Of a stretch of DNA of 64,000 nt, positions 24,823 through 36,668 are shown piece by piece. The DNA is taken from positions 95,976,001 through 96,040,000 of the forward strand of contig CM097884.1 in assembly GCA_044892505.1 (NCBI GenBank). Reading direction: 5' to 3'. Position numbers and translations under genes: made by a program. This stretch comes from Schmidtea nova (Eukaryota). The notes beneath the pieces are model-generated. The model saw nothing but the letters and a program-made list of their open reading frames with translations. It did no database searches and was not told where the DNA came from. The stretch's first letter is position 1. Each line of letters starts with the position of its first letter.

Positions 24823-26996
24823 ATAAAGTGTAGTTTTATTAATTTACCAGTTATTAGGGTTTAGTGTGGTTGAGTTTATGTTTAAACTGTAGTTGAAATA
24901 AGTTAGGTTAAATAATAAAAGCATCAAAAGCTCCTGACGAAAATAGTTTAGTAACGAATTAGGGAATTTGGTAGGGTTAATAATCGAAATAATTAAAGGA
25001 GACAAGGCTCACATGTTTGATAGACAGGGAGGGGGTTACCGCGACGTAGATATAAAGAAAAGAGTCCGAAACCACGAGTGATGGTACAGCGAGATTGGCT
25101 AACCATCTTACAAAACTTCGATAGTTGTTATGTTAAATTGCACTCAATATTTATTTTTTTTTAAATGAGTCCATTCAACACGGAGGGAGGTAAAGCTCAA
25201 TATATTACGTTCTCTTACGGAGACTATAGGAAGATTAAAGAGAAGGATAATCGATCTAGAGAACAGTTATTTCTCGCCGGCTGAGATGAAGGCGGTGAAA
25301 GATAAGCTATTGCGAGCTATGCAAACGACAGAAGACCAAAAGCTGGAATTGGAAACAGTTAGAATCGAGGTGAAGAACTGTAGGAAAATCATTACACAGA
25401 GATTCGTGTCAGATAGTTTGAAAGACCTGATCAGGCCGATGACATTAACCGATTGGTTCCAACAGAGAACAAGGTAGAGGAGAATGCCAGTAGTATGGCC
25501 GATGACGTAAGCAAGACAACGAGGAAGCGCCGTCGCACTCACGCCCAACGTCGACATAATGAGGCAACGCCAAGAAAAAGTGAAAACTAACCCATCGAAC
25601 GATCCTAGTTACAATATCTAATGTGAATAATTAAAGATTAATTTAAGCTTATGCAAATTGTGATAGCGATTAATTATATGTATAATCGATGTTAACTGTT
25701 GTTTTGTTTTGTCTTATTAATTAAAACTTAAACGGGGGAATTGATAAAATGATGTTCGACGAATAATTAAGAGAGAGTTAAAGTGTACAATAGGAGGAAA
25801 ACACCCGAAATGAGAGACCAGCGCAAGAGTGAGGAAGGGGAATAAAGTATGGACTTCTATCGGTCTTAGGGAACCCGAAAGTGTCGAATCGAGAGTAGTT
25901 CTTGTAAAGAAGCTCAATTGTCGGTTCACATTCGCCTGTCATGCACAGTACCAACATGAATAAGTAGGGTGTTTACGGATGCATGGACAGTAAGCTTTTT
26001 ATGTGTGTGTGTTGTGACCCAGAATGCAAGAATGAACGGCGGTTAAGTTTATTGTAAGTTTAAGAAACAAGACACCAACACTGAAAATAAAATTTAATGA
26101 TTAAAACGAAAAATAATAGTATTTTTCAATAAATTAAATTTGATCCTTGATCGGTGAGACTGGATTTACTTAAACGTCAATCATTAAAATATAATAAACA
26201 AATCAAATTAACAACGAAAACGACGGATGAGCAAATTCTGATTGGTTAAGAGAGATCGAAAACCGGTATATATACCGACTTGAAATTCATTCAAAAAAAA
26301 TCATCATACATCAATTAATTAAGCACACATCAATCAATCATCATCAGTAGAAAACAGCACATTTTCAACAACTTTGTATTATTACTATCACTTTGGTATT
26401 AATCTATTGGGTATTGTCAAGAATTTTTGACTTCATTGGAACTCAATTAGAATATTAGATAGCAGGTATATTTTTGATTAGTTACCAGTTTTTATTCAAT
26501 TCCTTAATAAATCTGGCCTGCGACCAGGTCTTGGTTTTCCACAAGTTTTAGGAGAGACCGACTTGACTCTATGAGTTATGCGGTTGAAATTTAATCAATT
26601 CAATTTTTGAAGTCAATAGAGAATAGGGTTATAAATTTTAGGGAAAATTAGCTAAATTATCCGGGGATGGGGTTGCACATGGGACTAGGTGATGGTCGAC
26701 GACATAATGATGTGTTAGGCTCGTCTGATTTAAGTTGTGAAATTTCATAAAACCACAAACCCAAAACCACAGTGATTCAACCCAGACGAAGCGATGATCT
26801 TGATACCTGTGGACAAAACAAAAATCGCTCATTCTACAATCCAAAGTCCACACTAAACGAGGCGAGATGTTAAATCAAATGGATTAGACAAAGTTCATTT
26901 CCGTCTACTTGGCAAAATGGAATATGACTTTTAGATTATCAAAATACTCGATGAATATGTAAGAAATCAGAACTGAAATAAAAAGCCTCAAACGTC

Positions 26997-27326
26997 TTAT
27001 GATGTTTCGTAACCAGTTTTGCATTTAAATCGTGCAGCTTCCATTTGTGCACGGCATACTTGCGATCCGCAATCAGGAATCATTCCGGTCCTAACGCAAC
27101 CGGTACTTTCAGTTATGTTAAATAATCTTGTAGCTGAACTCTTTTCATTCATTTTATCTGGGACTTTTCTTTGTGTAGCGACTACGCCACAATCATTACC
27201 TTGAACACCAACAGAAAGTAATCCATCTAACGCAATCGCTTTAAATGCATATTCGACCTGAAATAATCTGCCTCCGGTTGAGAAAATAGTCATATAACGA
27301 TCAAAAACACTCGAGCATGATGACAT
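26997..27326 (-). pseudogene. PSMA6: Proteasome subunit alpha type-6 (alpha1) N-terminal fragment, truncated pseudogene
   Basis: [24 protein letters not shown]...TQRKVPDK...TGMIPD matches PSMA6; a stop follows GYETS and similarity ends soon after. Confidence 0.85.
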
Positions 27327-27574
27327 TTTTATTAAATTGTAAATCAAGAATCAAAATAATAATAAAATTAGACATGGTAAGTCAAAATTCAAAAAAATTA
27401 CTACTTCCCAATCGAACGAAACAAAATCAAAAAACCCACATTAATCTTTAAACCAAATAGTCCAGTTAAACAATTCAATAAAAAGTCACTTTTAAATCAA
27501 ACAACCCCAAAATGATTGATAAAAAAATAGATCAGTAAAACAACAACTGATCAAGTATCAAAGTTTTTTCTTCA

Positions 27575-28097
27575 TTAGCCATATTGATTTGTTGACCATA
27601 AATTCTCGTCATCATTCCTATTTAATATATTTACTCTGAAATCTGTTTCGTCTAAATCGATATCATTGAATTTATCCACATTTGTCTGGCTATTTGTATC
27701 CAATTTCAAATCATTTCCGCTAGTATTATAATGTTCATCTACAGCATTATTTTGTATTATCTTCATCAAGATTTTCAGTTTGATTTTCTAAATTATTAAC
27801 ACTGATTTCGATTTCATTGGTGCTTTCATTGATATTGGGCAACTGAAAATCAATTAATGTAATAGGATAGCTTGTCATTGTTGGATGTTCAGTAGATATT
27901 TCACAACATTCATTGTCCAAATCAATCTTTTCCATACTGATTGGAGTTGTACTATCGCTTTCGACAATATCTTCAATGTTATTTGATTTTTGATCAATAA
28001 AATTATCGAATTTATTAATTATTCAATCGGATTCTTTAATTACGTTAGCTCTGTCGGCATTAGAAAATAAATTATCAGAATTTGAATTATCTGACAT
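27575..28097 (-). pseudogene. Acidic, Asn-rich ORF relic of unknown origin
   Basis: Consecutive reading-frame fragments (MSDNSNSDNLFS..., MEKIDLDNECCE..., DDENLWSTNQYG) interrupted by stops. Confidence 0.35.
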
Positions 28098-28509
28098 TTT
28101 CAGGTTTCATATAAGATTTATAAAGATTTCGATAAGACCGTCTAACGGCTTCCGGCTTCCAGGCTCGCTCCACCATCTCTCACAGTAATCAAGCCCCACA
28201 ATTAATTATTTTAGATATTATTTAATTATTTTTAAAAACATTTTAAAAGCGGGCGCGACCAACAGTACTAGGAGGACTGGTATTTTTTCATGGTACGTAA
28301 CCGGCACAGGATGAAGAGAAAGGTTTTTTTTATCCAAAATACTGCTAATATTATGGGTAATGTCTTATATATTTTGATCGAAATTTTTACTATCAAGTAC
28401 AGTGGCTGAAGGCTTAAAACTCGTTGAAGAGGAGAAACCGCTTCAATACATAGAAATGCACACAGAATAAAAGCAAACTTTGATGTGTAAATTATGGATG
28501 AAAACTAAA

Positions 28510-28640
28510 TGCAAATACAGAACTGGCTGGAAAATACCGAAAATGGATTGCAAACGAATTGTGATTCTTGGTGGTACTGGAATTGTAAAAACCAATTTTG
28601 CATTATCACACTTTGATGATCCCTGTTATGTGATCAAATT
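28510..28640 (+). pseudogene. CRESS-virus-like Rep SF3 helicase relic (Walker A region)
   Basis: GWKIPKMDCKRIVILGGTGIVKTNFALSHFDDP aligns by eye with HIFVGSSGIGKTNFALPHFKKP at 57285. Confidence 0.7.
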
Positions 28641-29314
28641 AATATTGTAGTTATTATTTTTTGTTGTTACTGTTATATTTTTTATTTATTAGCTATACCT
28701 TTTTATTCCCGCCTCCTACTCCCTAATTCTTGTCATCGCATGGTCGTTTATTCCATATAGTAAGTACTTTGCCAACTTACTATAGGGAATTCAAAAATTA
28801 AAAATCAATAAAAAGTCAAAATTACAATTAAAAATCCTACTCGGGAAAGCCTGAAAAAAGGGAATAAATTCCGAAGCAAGAGACTACAATAATTATATTA
28901 AAAAGCAATTATAAGAAGAATCTTACAAATAAAATACGCGTATAAAAGTCGACATAGTCACGATAGAAAATAATTAGAAGATAAAATTACTACAGATAAC
29001 TTCAAATCCAAGAGCAAAGCTCGAACCGACAATTGTCTAGTGATTTCAATCCATCCACATTCCATCCACTCCAATCTATCTACAAAGTATTATTTAATAT
29101 TAACGATCCGATACGACAGTGAGTATCCAATTTTCAGTTTTTGTTGTGGTTCGATAAATAAAATTGTATAAAGTTATTATTTAATATTTTGTTATTAATT
29201 GTTAGCAATCAAAACAACAACATACACCGGCACGCAGTCACCCGCATTACATACTCAACACAATATTCACCCCAGCTGTCCCAAAACAGATTTTTATCGG
29301 AGACTCGGCTGAGC

Positions 29315-29448
29315 NNNNNNNNNNNNNNNNNNNNNNNNNNNNNNNNNNNNNNNNNNNNNNNNNNNNNNNNNNNNNNNNNNNNNNNNNNNNNNNNNNNNNN
29401 NNNNNNNNNNNNNNNNNNNNNNNNNNNNNNNNNNNNNNNNNNNNNNNN
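29315..29448. other. Assembly gap (N run)
   Basis: Run of N. Confidence 1.
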
Positions 29449-29800
29449 AGTATAACTTTCCCAATAATCTCCTTCATGTCACAATTAGACAGGATTTCGA
29501 CAAAATGGGACCCGAGAAATACAAGTATGATGGAGTCGTAATAGATTATGTTGCACTATCAATATGGGACGCAGAGGAAGTGATAAACCTTTGTGGTAGA
29601 AATATGATGCCAGTATTAATGTGAAATACGGAACTGGAGTCATAACGAGTAATAATTTGTTGCAAAAGTTTAACAGACATAATTAATTCAAATTGGAATG
29701 CGAAGCGTATCGCAGGTATCGACAGAAAATATTCTATCTTTAATTTAGGAGATGACCCATTATATGAATTTGATAATACAGATAAAGATAATAGTGATAT
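29449..29800 (+). pseudogene. CRESS-virus-like Rep SF3 helicase relic (Walker B region)
   Basis: YDGVVIDYVALSIWDAEEVINLC then, after a frameshift, YDASINVKYGT; parallels CDGEVFNDL...FLSLID*TYENAVNIEY at 57400. Confidence 0.6.
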
Positions 29801-31199
29801 TGGACAACAATACTATGTTTTGCAGAAGAACGGAGATTTCAAGAAAATGTATAATTAATCAGATTTTACATTATTCTTTGGATTATCTACCTTTAAATTT
29901 ATTGGAATCGAATTTGTAAAGAGAATTTGTTATTTGTCAAATAAAATTTTAATTTTTTGGGTTTTGATTTGTTAAGGACACGAGTAGTTAGAACCAAAAT
30001 TAATTCTTGCCGAAACTCTAATGAAAATAGATGATATTAAAATAACTTAATTGTATAAAATTAGTAATTAATTTTTATAGCAGCACGAAATATAGAAAAT
30101 GTTAAAATAAAAAAAGTAATTACTCATATAATTTTTTATTAATAAACATTATCTCATGTTGCAAAAAAAGTTGTACTGGTAATATAATTAGCGTATAATT
30201 GGTTAAATTACTATCACTATTTCCATTTAAAAAATTTATTTTAAAAAATTTGATTTAAATATTTATATACTAGTTGTATATAAAGCCGAATTTTTTTAAA
30301 TTTATTTTTAAAAAAAGATTGAGCTCAAAAGCAAATATTGACGTGTATCACATATCGACAAGAATTAAAATGTCTTAGGGAAAGTCAGTTGCACGATAAA
30401 ACATTACACTACAAGACTACCATTAAAGACAAACACCATCTTTTATAAGGAGGACCTCGTCGAAGAGCAACTATCCAACACTGAAGTGGGTACTGTAAGC
30501 ATAGTAGAGGGGTATTCACAGCGATTTAGGCAAGCCTTAATATTTAGCGATTCATATTTCATTTCTGTAGTAAAAAATTTCAAATTTGATTCTTGATTGA
30601 AGGCATTAAGTAATTTTGAAAACTTATTGAGTGCATCGTGGATTTTAATTTATTTTTCTACTTTAGTGGCTTTGGTCAATTTATGACTATTATTTTACTA
30701 AAATACTCGTGAACAATCATAGACGTATAATTTTAAAAGTAAGTTGTTTGTTTATAAATTAATATGTTAATTAAGGTTTTAACATAAAGAATAGCAGTGA
30801 TCAACTTTTAATTAAAAAAGTATTTGCATTATTATAATATTTAAATAAATAGTTTTTGTCTAAATTTGAATTAAGAAGAGTTAAGTTTGAAATTTGGATT
30901 GAATAAACTTTTGTATTTTTATGCCATCTTTTTTAGGTCTAATTATAATATTTATTTTGATTCAAACATTTATCTATCAACGCTCAATAAAATTTTATCG
31001 GAAAATAAATATTCTACATCCATACAAATTTACCTTTGCATCAAAAGGAATTATTCCGAGCGCCAAAGCACTGACAAAACATTATATTTTGCTAATATTG
31101 CAATTTATGATAATGAATAGATTAAAAAACTTTAAATCTGCATTTAAAACTTAAGAAAAACTTTAAATTTCTTTTTCTTTTTACCAACAGTAATTTTAT

Positions 31200-34135
31200 T
31201 ATCAAATTCAAAAAAAAATTTATTTGTTTAAATTCACTAACATAAATCCAAAAGAAACTAACTTAATTCGAAGAATGTATCAAAGATAAAGTAAGTATTA
31301 TCTATAAAAAATTTATCCTTAGACACTTAGATTTTCCAAACCTCGTTTTCCGACCTCCAAAAACTCTCTCGGGGAATCTCTAAGGGCCTCATTCAAGTCC
31401 AATTTTTGTTATTATGGTAAGTATCAGATTACGTATAGGTTTCACAAATTCTACATTTTAGTTTCAGAAACTTAACTCAATTTTTCAAACCACTTCGGAG
31501 TTAGAAAATCACAGTTAGAAAATCCCGGAAAATCACCAACTTGGATTTTTATTAACTCAATTGCAGAGGAGTACTCTGTAACCTGTTTTTCGAATTTGAT
31601 TCTTATTTTAATTTAAATTGTAATAAATTTTTATTTCTTTTTTTCAAATATACACTTATCTATTAACTTCTTTTGTAAGCTGTGATTGTTGCGTTATATT
31701 GTATGGGGGAATTGTATTTAACCAATGCAAAATAAAATTGAGTTTTACGAATGGATGTTGAGTTTGTTGGGAATCATAATGATGAAATGTCGAATCCTGT
31801 AAATAGGTAAACTCGATATCGGGGTTCCGGCAATAACTAAACATATATATAGGAGGTTGTGAATTGAAATGAATTCAGGTTATGATAGGTAGTGGTTGCA
31901 AATGGATCAGTATCTATACTCTTATAAATTAATTATAGATTTTCCGTTGTAGTGATTGTATGTGACTGTATGTTGGATAACATATCAATGCAATAGGTAA
32001 TTTAAATAATGGATGTGATGGTGAGAGTGCTTGTGAGATTTTTTGGATGTATGATGTAGACCAGGGGTCTCAAACTCAAACTAGCCTGCGGGCCGCATTA
32101 GACTAGTATCATAAGCCGGCGGGCCGCAGCATAATTTTTTATGAAAATAAATACTCAAGAATGTATCATAATTGCAATTTATTAGAAAGAGGAAAATAAC
32201 ATTATTATGAACATAAAAATGTAACACAAAATTATTTAAATAAAGACAAACAAAGTGTCAAATATATTATTTTTATTTCTGGCTACTTAGTTGGCAACGT
32301 TTAGCAGCCACAAGAGCATCAATATTAGGAACAATCTTTTGAGATGTGGCCAGTCTTAGTGTTGCTTGCAAATTTTCGTCACTTAACTTTGTTCTTCTTG
32401 AAGATTTGTTGAATTTCATCAATGAAAAGAAATGTTCACAAAGATAGGTGCTTCCAAACATTGCAATTATTTTTACTGCCTGAGAATGCAAACTTGGAAA
32501 TCTTTCTTGTTGGAGACATGAATATATGAATGATTTTAACTGAATAATTTTCTCTTCTCTTAATTTTCGTGGAATTTGTTGCCATGAAGTGTGTTATAGT
32601 GGCGACTAAGATTGAACTCTTTTGCTACCGCAATTGTTTGATTACAAATAAGACACACAATTCGGTCCTTTGTTTCAATAAAAAATACATATCTTCCCAC
32701 TTGTCTTGAAACTTTCTGTTTTCATCTTCAATTTTTCTTTTTAATGTCACCATATCTGTTTCCAACTCAACATCCATTTTTGATTTATTTTTGATAGGCA
32801 TTTTATATATTATTTATTTTATTTGGAGCTGTTGAAAAAATTAAGTAAAAATTATTGAATAATTCGTTAAAATTTACCACAATGATCAAATTCTTTTATT
32901 ATAACGTTTGATTATGTTTTGTTTGAGTCAAATTTTAAACAAAAAATATTATAATTTTCTTAAATAAGCATTTTTTTAGTAATAATAATAAGTTTTTAAT
33001 AAGTTTAATAATAAGTTTTAATAAGTTTTTCTTTAATAAGCATTAATAAAAATATTGAAGTCATGCTTTTAATTTAAAAAAATCAATTTAAAAACTTATG
33101 CAGTTTTTGTTATTTAATTAATTTGAATTTGAAATTATAAACTTATTTTGGTAATTTATGAAAAAGTCTTCGCGGGCCGCATTGGTACCTCTCGCGAGCC
33201 GCATGCGGCCCGCGGGCCGCGTGTTTGAGACGTCTGATGTAGACACATGTTATTAAATGAATTATGGGTGTGTATTTTATGGGTTTTGATGCATATAGGT
33301 ACTATTGAGTGAAACGATATAGTATGTGTTTTGATGTTTGAATGAATTTGTGTATGGTATTATATATTGATGTTACTAATGAATGAAATGGATGTAAGGT
33401 TTTGCAAATATTGATGTATCATGATTTTCGCGATATCGTGGGGGTATTTATAAAAATAATATATATTTATATATAAAATATTTTTAAAATTAATAATTTT
33501 TATAATACTCTACAAACTTTAAATTTATAATTTTAAAAAAATTATATAATAATATAATTTCTAATTTCTATAATACGATAATAAAATTTTGGATTCTAAT
33601 TTTTATATTTTAAAGATGCATATATAAAATAATCATTTTAATTGTAAATTTTTCCACAAAATTTCAAATGTAGAATTTTATAAAATAATAAAATTTTAAT
33701 ATAATAATACATTTTTTGACTTATAATTTTTCACGTTTGATATAAGAATTTCTAGGAAAAATTTTTATTTATAATTTTTATATTATAATTTTTACTATTA
33801 TAATTTTTACTATTATAATTTACTATTATAATTTTACTATTATAATTTTTTCTATAAAAGAATAAATTTATTTTTATAACCAAATCTAAAAAATTTTACA
33901 AAATTTATATAATAATAAAATTGTATTCACAAATTTCACAAATCTAATTAATAAAAAAAATTATATATTAGCTTTGAAAATAGATTATAAATTTTTACAC
34001 AAGTCTTCGGTTTGATGAAGTTCAGATAGATGGAATCAATTTTTATTCACATGTTCGAGCATTTCTAATAATCATTGAGCTGTTTTTTGAAAAAATCTTT
34101 GTAATTTTATAATTCTATGAGGTTTTGTTTTTAAC
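31200..34135 (+). repeat. Repeat family B copy 2, interrupted by a Buster element
   Basis: Homology to 10440-12000 continues on both sides of the 32062-33236 insertion. Confidence 0.55.
32062..33236 (-). mobile_element. Internally deleted hAT Buster/SPIN (GTF2IRD2-like) element
   Basis: 8-bp TSD ATGTAGAC (32054-32061, 33237-33244); TIR CAGGGGTCTCAAAC / GTTTGAGACGTCTG; transposase C-terminus AMFGSTYLCEHFFSLMK...LQATLRLA at 32273-32491 and an N-terminal remnant near 32600-32800. Confidence 0.92.
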
Positions 34136-34155
34136 CAGCGATCCGCTCAGACTAC

Positions 34156-35023
34156 TGTTGGGTATTTGTTTAAAGTCGGTTCTAATTTCTGACTCCTGGT
34201 GTTCTTTTAACAAATAACTGACCCAACACAATAACTTTTATTTCAATATCACAATTTATCACAACGATTGCACAATATAAGAACTGTCTTTTACACTTAA
34301 CTTGAACTGCTTTCAAGTCACTTGCTGCGAGGGATAAGTCTCCCGAAGGAAGATCTCCCTTTCTGGTGCGCAAACAAATGAATTACGTTTTACTCTACGA
34401 CACTACCTTTTCTGACTCTTCTTCTAATTTCAATCTGTTTGCTGAAATTTTATCTCTTCGACCAACTGGCGACACATTGCAATTCGCTTCTGTTTTTATA
34501 TTGCTCCCTCCTTAATGCTTGCTTGTTCTGCCTCCCAATTTGACATTTGAATCCGCGATTCAAATTAAACTGTCATATTGTAATTTAGTAGCTCTCGCCG
34601 TTTCCATATCCTTCAAATTAACTGTCATAGTGTAATTTAGTAGCTCTCGCCGTTTCCACATCCTTGGAGCAAATTGAACTGTCACTTTGCTTGAGCGGGT
34701 TTCTCTCATCTCTCGGGCTCTCCATTGGCTCGGGCTTCCCATTGTCTCGGGCTTTCCATTAGCCAATTAATTCTTAATTAATATTTTAATTTTTTAATTA
34801 TTTCTTTCTAGGGACCCCCCATCGATTTTATTTTTTATTTATTTGAATTCGTCTCATAATTTGGCACACACCCATACCAATTTCCCCCATGATATATTGA
34901 TTTTAAATTTTATTAATTTTTTAATTAATGTTTTAATATTTTAATTAATTTGGTGATTTTTGCAATTTTACTAATTTTATTTAATTACTTTTAAATTTTG
35001 AGTCACTTTGACAAACCCCAACA
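34156..35023 (-). repeat. 3' LTR (868 bp)
   Basis: TGTTGGG...CCCAACA; differs from the 5' LTR at 34485/49297 and 34810/49622 by eye. Confidence 0.97.
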
Positions 35024-35025
35024 TA

Positions 35026-35037
35026 TCTCCCCCCTTT
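35026..35037 (-). promoter_or_regulatory. Polypurine tract
   Basis: AAAGGGGGGAGA on the minus strand, 2 nt before the 3' LTR. Confidence 0.9.
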
Positions 35038-35459
35038 AATTAAGATTCGTCCTCGAATCTATCTTATAATTCAATATATAAATATGAGAGCGCCCCGAAA
35101 GGCAACGTTTACTGCTACTAATAATAATAATTATACTAAATAGATAAATAACAATAACAATAATATTTTGCCCGTCTAAATCTAAATTTACTTTTTCAAA
35201 ATATTTAACACCTCTTTAAAACGAGAAGGGGTGTCAATGACCGGAGACTGTGTTTAGTTTTAAACATACGAATAATTGTATGAAATGTATCAACAAAGTT
35301 GATAATAATAATTATAATATACTTTAAAAAAATAATAATAATAAGTTTACACTAATAATATTGATAATCTTAATTGATAATAATAATTATACTAAAATAA
35401 TAGCAATCTTTACAATAATAATATACAATTTAAAAATAATAATTAATAACAATAATAAT

Positions 35460-35510
35460 ATTGATGATAATAATAATAGTAATATTGATAATAATAATAA
35501 TCTTAATAAT

Positions 35511-35598
<88 letters not shown>
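35460..35598. repeat. (AAT)n microsatellite in the element's 3' non-coding region
   Basis: Long AAT run; a second run at 36216-36260; explains the poly-I, poly-N and poly-L pseudo-ORFs. Confidence 0.97.
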
Positions 35599-35599
<1 letters not shown>

Positions 35600-35916
35600 T
35601 TAATTTGTTTTTGTCGATAATTCGACATTTATTTTTTTCAAGCCAGTGAACTGGCAAATAGAAGAAATAAAATGAGTTTCAAACTCATTCTCGCAGAAGT
35701 ATAAAAAGTAAGTTTTTCATTTTAATTCATTTATTAAATTTTTATATTTTTATTTTATATTTTTATTTTATATTTTTTTTTTATATATATATTTTTTTTT
35801 TTATAATAATTTTTAGATATTGCTATAATCCACGATAACGTTTAACTTTAGATATTTATTGCATTTCTATTGATGTGATTTCACAAATGCATGTTGAATG
35901 TATAATGAAAATGTGT

Positions 35917-36165
35917 NNNNNNNNNNNNNNNNNNNNNNNNNNNNNNNNNNNNNNNNNNNNNNNNNNNNNNNNNNNNNNNNNNNNNNNNNNNNNNNNNNNN
36001 NNNNNNNNNNNNNNNNNNNNNNNNNNNNNNNNNNNNNNNNNNNNNNNNNNNNNNNNNNNNNNNNNNNNNNNNNNNNNNNNNNNNNNNNNNNNNNNNNNNN
36101 NNNNNNNNNNNNNNNNNNNNNNNNNNNNNNNNNNNNNNNNNNNNNNNNNNNNNNNNNNNNNNNNN
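35917..36165. other. Assembly gap (N run) inside the LTR element
   Basis: Run of N. Confidence 1.
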
Positions 36166-36216
36166 AATTAAATATTTATTAGCAACTGTTGTAGTGTGTT
36201 CGAGAAAAATTCCATG

Positions 36217-36261
<45 letters not shown>

Positions 36262-36668
36262 TACCTGAATCTACCTCCTTATCTCTTACTAATAATAAGT
36301 GACGGTCACCTTCTTCAGTCCCTGTCCAGGGATCCAAGCCCCAGTGACTGAAATTGGACACTTTCATTTTATTATTATGTCCATATAAATAATAATATGA
36401 TTCTGATGCTAATAATAATAATAAATTCTAAATTTTAAATTATTGATAATTTTGATTTATTTTCATAATTTTTATTATTGATTTTTATATTTCATTACAT
36501 TTTGCATTTGAAATTTTTATTAATAATTTGGGGTTGCCATAAACTTTGAATTTTATTATTTTATTATTTATTTATTTTTTTTTAATTGGTGGGATGCCAT
36601 AATAAAGGAGACAAAATTCACAAAATGTTTTATTTATAATTGTATCAATATATATATATATATAAAGT

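Noticed and set aside
28250-28290. CRESS origin stem-loop
   Set aside because: No NANTATTAC nonamer in a convincing stem; TAGTATTAT near 57855 also lacks a stem.
34182-34766. Small ORFs duplicated in both LTRs (63 and 68 aa)
   Set aside because: No recognisable motifs; their duplication simply reflects LTR identity.
3022-36182. ORFs containing long X runs
   Set aside because: Artefacts of N gaps.
35361-36367. Poly-Asn, poly-Ile and poly-Leu ORFs
   Set aside because: They are translations of AAT microsatellites.
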